Below, piece after piece: positions 15,055-29,470 of a stretch of DNA of 64,000 bases. Under the pieces are notes generated by a model, which worked only from the letters and a program-made list of their open reading frames with translations, was not told the DNA's origin and made no database searches. Both the position numbers and the translations under genes were made by a program. The DNA comes from the human T2T-CHM13v2.0 reference genome, Homo sapiens. The first letter of the stretch is position 1. Each line of letters starts with the position of its first letter. The stretch lies in the NCBI RefSeq assembly GCF_009914755.1, contig NC_060926.1; one strand, given 5' to 3'.

Positions 15055-15310
15055 CTACTATTTGTAGCTGTTAATTGCACAAAATGAGATGTTATCTTGG
15101 CAGTACCTACTATGACCTCATAATTACTGAGATGCTTCAAGTCACTTATCTAGACTTGATCCCTTTTGGAGGCTACTCATGGGCTTCTCAAAAAAGGGGG
15201 TCCTGGGATAACCTGTTGAAGAGGAATTTGAGAAGGCCAAAATGGTATCTTGTACCTCATCCCTGAGACACCATCCCCTGAGGTTAGAGAGGGAGGCCTT
15301 CTCTAACCTT

Positions 15311-15472
15311 CAGTTTAAATCAGGTGCTTTATGTAAAAGTGAGTTGTTTGGCGCTAAGAAGAGGATTCCTACAGTTGGTCATAGTCCTCACCGTGCCCTG
15401 TTGTCTCTTGGTGTCAGTGATGAGCACTAACTGCCCCACAGCACCGTGCGTACACCAGACTATCTTTACCCT
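15311..15472. repeat. Local duplication, copy 1 (162 bp)
   Basis: About 92% identical to 16214-16376 by manual alignment (~12 substitutions, 1 indel). Confidence 0.97.
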
Positions 15473-16213
15473 TATCTTGGAGCTGCTGTGGCCATGGCTG
15501 TCAGAGTGGTATGTTCTTCATGACCCCAGTTCATTTCTGAGATGAAGTTGCTTTTAGCTTTATTTGCTGCTGGCATTGAAAGAAGGTGAAATGAAACTAT
15601 AGAACTGATCCACAAATAACCAGAGCTTTCTTCCCAGGTTCCCGAGGACACAGGAATATCAGAATAAAACCAATGCTGGAGAGTTCAACCCAAGTTCATC
15701 CCTTTAAAAGGCCCCGGTGGCTTATTGTGTCACCTTTGGATCTAGAGCGCTCCTCCACCCATTCCCTTTGCCTTTGTCAGGTGGCCTCAGACTTGCACTT
15801 CCCAGCCTGTAGAAACCTTGCTCCTTCCAGCCCAGGCCCAGCCTCTGCTCCTTCCTTTTTCTCTCTGGGAGACTCCTCTAGGGGAGATCTTTGCTCTGGA
15901 GTCTGCAATCTGTGAATAGTGGGCTGTGCTGTGTGTGTTAGGAAGGCTGAGCATAAAAAATGGGTGTAAAAAGTCCTGAGACATGTGAGCTTAGTCTATG
16001 ACACTATGGTCTCACTTTGGGCCCCAGCTACAAAAAATAGATGGAGCTGGGAATGATGACTGCCAGGGAATGAAAAATGCTAGCAGGGCCTTGTGGCTCA
16101 TCTGTAGGACAGCACAACGAGTGTCTGATTTAGATGCCCCTTTAAGAGCTTCCATAGCTTCCTGTGCCTCCGCCTGTCACAGCATGCATTTAGGTTGGAG
16201 ACCGCCAGTTCAC

Positions 16214-16376
16214 CAGTTTAAATCAGGTGCTTTACGTAAAAGTGAGTTGTTTGGCGCTAAGAAGAGGATTCCTACAGTTTGTCATAGTCCTCACTGTGCC
16301 CTGGTGTCTCTTGGTGTCAATCATGAGCAATAACTGCCCCCACTGCACCATGTGTACACCAGATCATCTTTACCCT
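16214..16376. repeat. Local duplication, copy 2 (163 bp)
   Basis: Direct-orientation copy of 15311-15472, offset 903 bp. Confidence 0.97.
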
Positions 16377-16692
16377 GGCCCACTTCTCTCCTGGGCCTCT
16401 CCCACCAAGGGTATTCCTTTAGCACCATGAGGACAGGGACTAAGGTTCTCATCTTCAGAACTCCACCCCAAAGCTCAGAACAGTGCCTAGCACATAGAAA
16501 GGGCTTAATTAATATATGCAGGTCGAGGGAATGAATGGCAAAGAAATGAGGAAGATAGGATATAATTCCTCCTGACTTCCTCATCCCAGGCCCCTAAAAT
16601 GGCCATGTTTTAGTTGCACTGTCAGAGCCCCCTTGGTTTATCCAATGCATTGCTCTTCCAAGGAGGGAGATAAAGTTTCCATCCTGTAATTA

Positions 16693-17027
<335 letters not shown>

Positions 17028-17485
17028 CTATTGTGACTTGAGGAGATAGTATTAAACAGAAGAAGGCACAGGGGTTCTGGACTTGAGGAAGACATGATAG
17101 GGATTTATACACAATGAGGCTGACAATATTCGTCTTCACTAATGTACTAAAAACAGGAATTGTGCACAGAGGTATTTTATGGATGTGCTACTGTGAAGGC
17201 CTTGATTTGGCAAGAATTATATTTGTGACTCACTAAATAACCTGGCCCTTAATTTTTGCTGCTAAAGGATTGTGTAGTAGAAAGATAAACTGGATTTGAA
17301 ATAAAAATGATCTGGCCTTGAATGCCAGTTCTGTGATTTACTTACAAAGTATAACAAGGAGCACACCTCAGCTCTATAAGTCTCAGTTTCTACATCTGTG
17401 AAATGGCACATAGAAGATGACTAACAAATGTTGCTTGCCAATTGGCTGACTCACTTATGAATGGAAAAATAAATTAGGTAGTTCC

Positions 17486-17908
17486 GTATTAGTTCCTCAG
17501 GGCTGCCATAACACATTGCCACAAACATCATGGCTTAAAACAACAGAAATGTTCGCTCTCACAGTTCTGGAGACCAGACATCTAAAGTCACATTCCTTCT
17601 AGGGGTTCCAGGGGAGATTCTGCTCCTGGCGTCTTCAAGGTTCTACTGGCCCCAGAATTCCTGGGCTTCTCCACCTCAGTGTCACCTTGCCTTTTGCTCT
17701 TGGCTGTGTCATCTTTCTCTGCCTCACTCTATAAGGGCACTTGTCATTGGACTTAGGATCTACCTGGATTTTCCAGGATGCTCTCATATTAAGACCTTCA
17801 ATATGATTAAATTTACAAAGACCTGTTTCCCAGATTAGGTCACATTCATAGGTTCTGGGGATTAGGGTGTGGACATATATTTTTTGGGACTACTGTTCAA
17901 CCCACCAT
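17486..17908 (-). mobile_element. MLT1-family MaLR solo LTR
   Basis: GTATTAGTTCCTCAGGGCTGCCATAAC...GGCTTAAAACAACAGAAAT...GGTCACATTCATAGGTTCTGGGGATTAGG. Confidence 0.85.
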
Positions 17909-17980
17909 AGGTTCCAAATTCCATTTTTAAAGTTTTCTGTGAAGCAGGTCCTCCAGAACCATCCTGAGAAAGTCATCTCC

Positions 17981-18125
17981 AGCAGTGCTTCTCAAACTTT
18001 GATGTATGTGTCAACACTAAGGATCTTAGGAGAATGGAAGTCTGTTTTGAGGTCTGAGATTCTGCATTTCTGACAGCACTCAGGTACTGCTATGCTGCTG
18101 GGCAGTGACCACACCTGGAGCAGTA
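17981..18125. mobile_element. MER5-like hAT element
   Basis: CAGTGCTTCTCAAACTTT...CTGAGATTCTGCATTTCT...GACCACAC. Confidence 0.65.
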
Positions 18126-20538
18126 CACACCTTTCCTGAACAAGCCTCGTCTGATCAAGGAGTTGTCTCCTGGGGAGGCAAAGTTAGGATTTATGGTGCC
18201 TGGTGCCCATCTGGTTGCTCTTCCTCCAAACTTTGCCAAGTACTTGTGTTGGGTAGCCCAGGTGAGATGACTGTCCGTTCATGAGCATGAGTGGAAGACC
18301 TACTTCCAAAGAGATTTAATTCAAGCTTTCTGTCTTCTTGGTAGAGACTTGTTACATGTGACCGACTTTTGCCAAAGGTTAAATCTTCAGATGATGGAGA
18401 GAGGTTTAGCTGAAAATCTTTTTGTACGAATAAATATTTTTTCTGTATAGTGTTTATGTCTTTATGTTGTCTATTAATTTGCAGTCTCCATCCCAGTTCT
18501 GTTTGGGGCTTAGATTTATGATTTGTTTGATTGCCTACAGAAGATGAGAAATCTTCCTGCAAGGACCAGGACTACAGGGCAAGAGCAGCATCTAGAGTGC
18601 AATATTTAAAGAGCTGCTTACTGTCATGGATGTGCAGAGGCAGGGTGGGCACATTCATGACCCTGAGGGCAAGCACCTCCTTTAATTTTGCCTCTAGGTG
18701 CCTCATTTGCCTCACCCTAATCCCAGGTCTGCTTTCTGGCTTCCCAAGCAATTGGCTTTCCATTCACTCATATCGTGGGGTTCTAGTTCTCTGTACTTTT
18801 CTTGTATTGTGATTTAATCTTTTCCCTGGTCTGCCTTTCTCCAAAGATGGAAATCTTCTTCCCAGTTAATGGTATTCCCTTTTTAAAATATGTTTACAAT
18901 CTTAACCTGGTATGCAAGATCTTAGATGATCTGGCTCCTAATCACCTGTTCAGCCTCATCTTTTGCTACTCACCTCCTCTCTGGGTCCTGTCCTTGCCTT
19001 TCACATGCATAATATTCCAAGTAAGTTTTAGTTCCCTGAACATATCATGCATCTTTGTGCTTCTATGCCTTTATTCACATTAATCACCTGCCTGGAATAC
19101 TTTCCCCATCTTGTCTCTCTGGCAGTCTCCTATTCCTCCATTATAAATGTACCCAAGTGTTACCTTTTCTGTGAGGCCTTTACGATTCTCCCATATGGAC
19201 TAAAGCATTCTTTCCTCTACGTCTCCAGTCCTTGTGTGCATATGAACCTCTATACTGAAGTAGAATTGTCTATCTCCCCCACTACTCTTGAGCGCTGGGA
19301 TGAATGGGCATTTTGTTCATTTCCTGGGGCTACAGTGGTGAGCAGAACAGACAGGTCTCCATCCTCCTGGAGCAGAACTTTTCATATGAATCTTCTCAGC
19401 CCTTTATAGCACAGCCATGGGACACATTTACTTGTTGAACAGACACATGGATGAATAAAAGTAACAAAAAAAATTTAGCACCAAAGATGGAGTAACAGAA
19501 CCAGAGTTATCTTCCTGCTTGAAACAAGAACAAAAAGATGAAATATATAAAACAAGTTGTCAAGGCATGAGACATCATGCAATGAAAAACAGTAATCCCT
19601 GAGAGAAGGGAAACAATCGAGGTGAGCCCTGTACTTTCTCCCACTTACTCTTGTGCCTTGGAGAGATTCCAGGCTGTGATGTGGGCAGAGAAAACCCAAG
19701 CAAGGCCCAGAGAACACCCTGAGTTGAGGAGACAGCACAGAGTTCAGGAAGACCAAGGTGAGCCAAGTTCACCTGATAGAGTACCAATGAGAAGGGAGAG
19801 TCCTGGGGAGCTGCAGAGGGCCCCCTCAAGCATTCGACCGAGTAATCATCAGTGCATGTGGATGAGGAAACTGTCTGAGGTTAGGGGAAAATACATCTAA
19901 AAAGATTAAAGGAAACAGTATGTGCACTGACAGGGCCAGGAATAGTTTGTTACCATCAGACAAAACGGTAAAACTCACAATTAACAGGGAATTAGATAGA
20001 ATACTGAGGAAGAGCTTGCCTCAGCAGTGGGGACTAATTAGCTCTAGACTGACCACTGCTCCAGAACCACGTAGCAAATTATAAAAACAAGACCTGAAAG
20101 GATCAAGCTGTTTCCAAATAACCTAACTGTATCCCAAAATAAAGCTCAGGGCAAAATTTGTAATGTTTGGTGCCTAGTCAATGATTATCAAAAATGTAAA
20201 GAGGTAGAATGACATGAACCTTAATTAGAATTTTCAACCCATTGAAAGTAACCCACAACTGATATAGATGTTACAATTAGCATAATATGACATCAAAACA
20301 GTCATTATAACTATTTCCTATATTCAAAAAGTAGATAGAGACATAGAAGATATAAAAAAGACCCAAACTGAACTTCCAGAGATGAAAACTACAATGTCTG
20401 GAATGAAAAACACATTGAAAGCAATGATCAGTATATAGACATTTTTGAAGAAACGACAGGTAAACTTGAATGCATAGCAATGGAGACTCCCAAATGAAAT
20501 ATGAAGAGCAAAGAGAATCCAAAAAAATTAAAAGAGCA

Positions 20539-20838
20539 GGCCAGGTGTGGTGGCTCACACCTGTAATCCCAGCACTTCGGGAGGCCAAGGCGGGTGGATC
20601 ACAAGGTCAGGAGATTGAGAACATCCTGGCCAACACGGTGAAACCCCGTTCCTACTAAAAATACAAAAATTAGCCAGGTGTGGTGGCGTGTGCTTGCAGT
20701 TCCAGCTACTCGGGCGGGTGAGGCAGGAGAATCTCTTGAACCCAGGAATCAGAGGTTTCAGTGAACCGAGATCGCACCACTGCACTCCAGTCTGGGCGAC
20801 AGAGTGAGACTCTGTCTCAAAAAAAAAAGAAAAAAAGA
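20539..20838 (+). mobile_element. AluSc-like
   Basis: Full dimer; TSD AAAATTAAAAGAGCA. Confidence 0.95.
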
Positions 20839-20914
20839 AAAATTAAAAGAGCATCAGTGAGCTGTGGGACTACTTCAAGCAGCATAATAAATATAACATT
20901 TGAGTCTCCAAAGG

Positions 20915-21217
<303 letters not shown>

Positions 21218-21779
21218 TCTCCAAAAGAAAGAAGAAGGAAGGAGAGAAAAAAAATATATTTGAGAAAAAAAATGGCTGACAATTTTCCAAATTTGCTTAA
21301 AATGACAGACTCACAGGTCTAAGGAGCTCAACAAGCAACAGGCACAAGAAACATGAACAAAACAACACTAAGGCACACCATAATCAAATTGCTTAAAAGC
21401 ACTGATAAAGAGAAACTCTTAAAAGCAGCCAGAAGGAAAAACCACTTTTTAGACAGTAACGAATACAAAAATGACAACAGATTTCTTCTCAGAAACAATC
21501 CAAATGAGAAAACAGTGGTGCAGCATCTTTAAAATACTGAAAAAAAAATATTATCAGCTAGAACTCTACTTAGTAAAAAAATCTTTCAAATATGAGAGTG
21601 AATTAAGGACATTTTCAGGTACATAAAAGCTGAAACAGTTCATCACCAGCAGACCAACTAAGAAATGTTAAAGAAAGTCTTTCATGCAGAAGAAAAATGA
21701 TTCCAGATGGAAATATGGATCTATACAAAGAGTACCAGACAGAAATGGCAACTACATGGATAAGTATATGAGATGCTTA

Positions 21780-22082
<303 letters not shown>

Positions 22083-23218
22083 CTAATAATCTAAATAATT
22101 TTAGTTATTTCAATATCTTTAAAAATTGATCATTTAAGTAAAAAGTAATACAATACATAGCAGGGCTTATTATATATATATATATACAATATCTAGCATC
22201 TATAGTGCAAAGATTAGGAGGGAAGAAATGAAAATGTAGTCTTTTAGTGAATACATTAAAAGCCATTGGGTTGTATACTTTAAATGGGTGAATCATTTGG
22301 TATGTGAATCATATCTCAATAAAACTGCTATAAAAAGATTTAAAAAAGAAATAAGACCAACACAGTACGAACTCTTCTAAAAAACTGAAGATAACAGAAT
22401 GCTTTTCTGATAGCAAAATAAGCAATAAGGAATTGATAATAATTAAATATAACAAATTAAAAAATTTAATTAATTAAATAAATGCATAATAAAATAAAAT
22501 AAAGATAAATTGATAAGAAATTGAAATTACATGAGCTTATTATCCATCATAAACATAAATGTAAAATTTCTGAACAAAGCTTTAGCACATCAGATTTAAT
22601 AATATATAAAAGGCATAATATACCATGATCATAGGGTTTATCCCAGGAATGTAGGGTTGGTTTACCATTGGAAAACCAATCACTATATTAAGAAACTAAA
22701 AGAGAAAAACCACATGATCATCTAGATAGAATAAAAAAATTATTTGGCAAAATCCAACATCCATGCCTCAAAAGAGCTCTAAGCAAACTAGAAAAGGACA
22801 AGAACTTACTTAACCTGACAAAAGATTCCTCCAGAAACCCTATAGATCATATCATACTTAATGGCAAAAGACTGAATCTGTGTCTAAGATCAAGAACAAG
22901 AGCAGGATGTCTGCTGTTGCTACTTCTATTCAATAATGTAGTGAAGATTTTAGCCAGTACAATCAGGCAAAAAAAAAAAAAAAAAAAAGAAAGAAAAGGA
23001 ATACAGATTAAATAGAAGAAATAAAACTATCTTTAGTCACAGTTTAATTGTTTAAGTAGAGAAGCTAATGGAATCTACCATAAAGCTATTAAAACTAATA
23101 CTGAATTTATAAGATGGCTGGATTCAAGGTCAATATATAAAAATCAATTGTATTTTTATATACTAACAACAAATACTCAGAAATTGAAACAAAAAGGAAT
23201 AAGAATTTATTTAATTCA

Positions 23219-23750
<532 letters not shown>

Positions 23751-26700
23751 AACAAAGAGAGATACCTTGTCCATGGATTAGAAGGCTCAATATTGTTAAA
23801 ATTTACTTCTATCCAAATTGACATATAGATCTAATACAATCTCAATCAAAATACCAGCTTGTTTTTGTGGGACAAGCTGAGTCTAATATACATACGGAAG
23901 TATAAATGACTTAGAAAATCCAAAATAATTTTGAGAAAGAAAAATATGGCTGGAGAATTTGTGCCACCTTTCATTGACCTCTTGCAAAGCTATGGCAATA
24001 AAAACAGTGTTGTATTGGTATAAAGATAAACAAATCAATGGAACAGAAGAGACTACAGAAATAGAGCTGGTGACATACAGAAAATTTGTTTTTGACAAAT
24101 GGAAAATATATTTGGACAGTTCACCAAAGAAACTGTATAGATGGCAAATAAGCACATGAAAAAAATACTTAATGCCATTAGTTATTAGGAAAGTGAAAAT
24201 TAAAATCACAGTGAGATACTGCTACACATCTATTAAAATGACTAAAATCAAGCAATTGACCATATCAAATGTTGAGCAGGATGTGGAGGAACAGGAACTC
24301 TCACACACTGCTGCTGGTGGTAATGTATAAAGGTCCAACCACTTTGGAAAACAGTTTGTCAAAGTAATTCAGCCATTGTACTCCAAGGTATTTATCCAAC
24401 AGAAATAAAACATATGTCCATTCCCAGACTTGTATATGAATGTTCACATTAGTTTTATTTGTGATAGCCCCAAACTGAAAATAAGTCAAATGTCCATTAA
24501 CAGGTGTATTGGATAAATAAACAGTGGTATGTACATACAATGGAATGTTACTTGATAAAGAAAAGGGATGAATTACTGATACATGGAAGAACATGGATAA
24601 ATCTCAAAATTATGCCAAATAAAGGAAGATACATGCATAAAAATGAGTTTGTTCTAAATGAGTCCATTTGTATAAAATTCTAGAAAATGCAAACAATCTG
24701 TAGTGACAGCATTTGACTCTTTGCCTGGGGAGGGTGAACATGAAGGAGTAGGAGAAAAGGATTACAAATAGGCATAAGAAAAATTTGGGGGTGATGGATA
24801 TATTCACTATCTTGATTGTTATAATGGTTTCACAAATGTACACATATGTCAAACTTATCAAATTGTGTATCCTAAGTAGTGCATTTTGCTGTATATCATT
24901 TGTACCTCAATAAAACTGTTTTTAAAAGCCCAAAAAGTTAGTAGAGTTGATGAAAGAGTAAAAACAAATGCTCCTTTGACCCTGATTTCCATGACAGATA
25001 CCCAGGTTGCCTGAGATCCCAACTTCCCAGCATCACAGGAAGCCCCAGTTCCTTGCCCCACCGCAGGTGCACAGAGCAGCTCCATTTCAGCTCACTCTGC
25101 ACTCACTAGTCTGACATTTGAAGGATTTATGAGAAACTGTGAATGAAGAGCCTGTTAAGTGACTCATAAAAGTGAATTTGTATAAGAATAGTTTCTTGTG
25201 AGACAGGGAGGAAGGGGGCAGCAAATTGACAAGTTTCTTGCTTCTGGTCTCAGTTGGGAAGGTCTTGGGAGTTTGGGGATAGCATATGAAAGCTAGAAAA
25301 TGTTACATCAAAGCTAACCAGAATAAGATCATATTTACATCTCACTGTAGTAAATTCATGATCAGGGAGTCAATTGTAGTTTGGAATCAGAGTTCTATCT
25401 GCCATGTGTGAATTTCAAAGATTCTTAGAGGGGCAGTCATTTACAAAAATATATTGTAAGTAATTACAATGCTTTCTAATTCAGTTTGGACTGTTGTGTC
25501 ACTTTCTCGTTTTAGAGAGTTTTCTATACCATTCCAAGAACTTCTAGCCAAGACTACTCCACAAACAGCCAGCCACCCTTGCTAAGGAACTTTGAAAGTG
25601 AAAACCATAAAAGCAACATTAACTTATAAAAGGCCCTTAACAGCGTAGATATCAGGTACATAAAAAAGTCTGGACTGATTTGGAAATAGAATTAATTACA
25701 TAAAACCAATCATGACCAATATTTCTTGAGCATACATTTTATTTTTAGCTAGGAAAAATCCAAGTATTCTCATAATATGCCTACTGTTTCCCCTGACCAA
25801 TTGATTTACATTTTCTTTCTTATCATTGTTTTAACCAACATGAAAATATCACTAATGTTCATATTCTGCACAGGGCTCTGTTCCTGCAGCATGCAGTTAT
25901 ATGCAAGAGCAAGTGTTGCTGCCTGCTGTAGTGCTTACCTTCACTGGGGCTGCCTGGCTATTGTCGAGTCAGTTGAAATGATTCATGGGTCTGACAGATG
26001 TCTGGTACAGCTGGATGTGTCCTTGATTATCCCAAAAGTCTGGACAGCACTGTCATTCACCATTGCCCAAATTATCTTTGTATTGACTGTGGAACCCTCT
26101 GTGACAGTACCGTAATGGCTAATTACCCAGGATACCTTTGGTACTCACTTCATAATGGTTTAGTGGAAAAGAAAAAGACCATAAGGAAATGAGAAAAAAC
26201 CATACCAATAAAAGTAACATCCTGTTCTTTGCAGAAAACACAGACTCTACTGTGATATGGAATATATATTTATTTGACATCATGCAGTTTATGCTAATGA
26301 AATCCAGGGCCACAATAGTAGAAGCATAGATTTCTCATGAAACACATAAGGAGGAAATAAAATGTAAAGAACCTTGACAGTGATAAATTATGGACAATAG
26401 AAGGAGCTATTAGCTGTGAGAGAATTGTATGTATAATATACTTGAAAAACAGATGAAGAGTGGCCATTTGCCTGCCTCATATGTTGCAAGGGGGAAAGAA
26501 AGACCGTGTTTTGTTTAGCAAATAACCTCCCCAGAAATAGAAAGGAGGGAGGGAGGAAGGAGGAGACCTTTAGTAAAGCTGCCTGAAAGAACAAGAATTG
26601 AAAGCTGAGGTTTCATTTTTCCCCATAACGCTATAAATTAGCACATTTTGACAAACATAGCTCCCACAAAGCAGATATATATTAGGGAGAAAAAAAGAAA

Positions 26701-27298
26701 AGGGAATAGAGGGTAAAAAATCCCATTTTGACTTTTAGTGGAGATGATGAGATCCCAGGAGGGCAGACAAAGCAGACTGGGAACAGCTTTTCACACAAAG
26801 AATACAGTAATTTGCCACATCCTGTCCAGGCTGTGTTTGAATGTCACTCCTGTCTTAATTACCAGACTAACAAAGCGATTCTGTTACTCTGGATTCTCCG
26901 CCACAGTTCCTGCAATGCAAGAGAGCAAGCTGGAAGAATTGCTCACGGATCATTACCAAGTGAGTGGGTGAGGCAGGCAGCTTCATGGGCTCAGAGTCGG
27001 GAGGCCAACAAAGGTAGAGGAAGGCAGTAGGTGTAGTTATGGAGACCTGCGGGCTCCATTGCTGTCAGCTGTGAACAGTGAACCACCTGAATTTTGGAGC
27101 ATGGAGCTTGGCAGATGGAGTGCTTTAGCTTTTGTTGAGATCTGAGACCACAGTGTATGCCCTTTTGGTGAGAGAGAGTGAAGATTGTCCCACTTCTCCA
27201 CCCCTGTGGCTGTGCATCAGCCTCATGTCAAGTAACCTATAAAACATAAGATACAGCCAATCTGAAGGCAAAACACAGGTTACCGACATTCTGACTCA

Positions 27299-27470
27299 GG
27301 GTGGGAGGGTTGGGGGATGGTGAGGGTTGAGAAATTGCTTAGTGGGTACAATGTACATTATTCGGGTGATGGATACACTAAAAGCCCAGACTTCACCACT
27401 CTGCAATATATCCACGTACCAAAACTGCACTTGTACCCCTTAAATTCATACAAATTAAAAAGAAAAAGAA
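27299..27470 (+). mobile_element. Short 5'-truncated L1 (L1MA/PB-like) 3' end
   Basis: GGGTACAATGTACATTATTCGGGTGATGGATACACTAAAAGCCCAGACTTCACCAC; A-tail; TSD ATTCTGACTCA. Confidence 0.9.
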
Positions 27471-28008
27471 ATTCTGACTCATTGTTAAATTGTTCCTTTG
27501 ACTAAAGGTAAAAAAAAAGCCCTTCTCATTTTGATCTATTGTTGAAAGCATTTCTAAAATATGTCATTCCACTCTTTGTGGTCTTTCTTAGATGATTCTT
27601 CATTGTTTCAGAGACGTTGTTCTGCCCACTAATTCTCATCGATGACCACAGTGGTGAGGGCCATTGAAGACCACAGTGGTTTTGGTGAGGAAGGTGCAGG
27701 AGTTTGGGCTGAATGTGCCCTGAGCCCTGTGCTTATGCATAGCCTGAAGGGTGACATTTTCAGATACAGATTAGTAAGTCTGTTTCTGTTGTACCAATCA
27801 CATCCTTCTTCTTGAAAACAGTTTGTAGTAAAACAAGTCCATTAATCCAGGCCTCTGGTTAGTTGGAGTATTTTTGTATTTAAAAAAGAAGCTTGGTGCA
27901 TTTCAAAAACATTCAGGTGACACAATTATGCTTCCTTTTTATCAGATTTGGGTCTGAAACAGTGATACAGTATAGCAAAAGAAGAGGAAAAATGAAACAT
28001 AAATCTTT

Positions 28009-28321
<313 letters not shown>

Positions 28322-29326
28322 GAAACATAAATCTTTAGTTCCGTGTTTATCCTAGCTGCATAGCAATGATCCGTCCTTTATATCCATACCATTAAAGTTG
28401 TTAAACGAAGACAAAATTTCCTAATTGCATTTCATCTACAGTAATAATAATTTTTATTTGGAGGAGATGGACATTGCCCTTAAAGTATTTTTAAAACTAC
28501 ATATTGGAGTAGTTACATAAAATACTAGTTTGTCAAGCTCAGTAAGGAAGTAAATTACCCTTATTCCTCCTCTACATGTTTAAAGGAGTCTAGGGAATGA
28601 AGGAGTTCAAAGCCACATCCCGCCAGGCATCTTTCTACAGAAATGCCATTTGTCCTAAGACAAAGTATGACAAAAGCTGATAGAATGGCTAATTCTGGGT
28701 ATAATGTAAAGTTTGTCTTAAAGTTATTTCTCAAAACGTAATAATGATGTCAGACCCCTGAAATGTCCGCCACCAGACTACATGAATAGGATTTAGATAA
28801 GAGATGAAAGGAGGGCCTGGAAATAAAGCAGGTGGTGAAATCTTGAAAAAGCTTACATTTATCGTAAGCAGAACATCTATAGCAATAATCTTATAAGTGG
28901 GTTTTAAAAATCAATTAAATAGGCATATTACAAATATGTCATGTAGTCATATAATTGTTTATATTTCTGATTCACCTTACAAATGTGAAGCATAACTTAA
29001 AGAAATAATCTTTAAAAATGCCTTCAGTCATTATAGTAATTACCCTGAAAGATTAGAAACTTCAAAATGAAACAAGAAAAAAGTAAGGAACACAGACTGA
29101 TTTATTGTTATAAAGTAAGCATATTGTCCTATGAATAAAATTATGAAAATACTTATAATGGTCTGCTTAAAACTAATTGTTTTGGATGTGATAGGCACAC
29201 GTTTTATTCACTAACTCTAACTGTGACAATGACAGATCAAAATTCTATAAAGAAAGCAAAAATATCACAAAAGAAAGAAAATAAGAAAAATGGCAGCCAT
29301 GTATGCTGACTTAACAATGCCATTCA

Positions 29327-29470
<144 letters not shown>

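Noticed and set aside
15417-15540. C-box GTGATGA with downstream CTGA suggesting a C/D snoRNA
   Set aside because: No terminal stem, and the C box is not preserved in copy 2 (ATCATGA)
27644-27680. GACCACAGTGGT occurring twice, 25 bp apart
   Set aside because: Short local duplication with no other support for function
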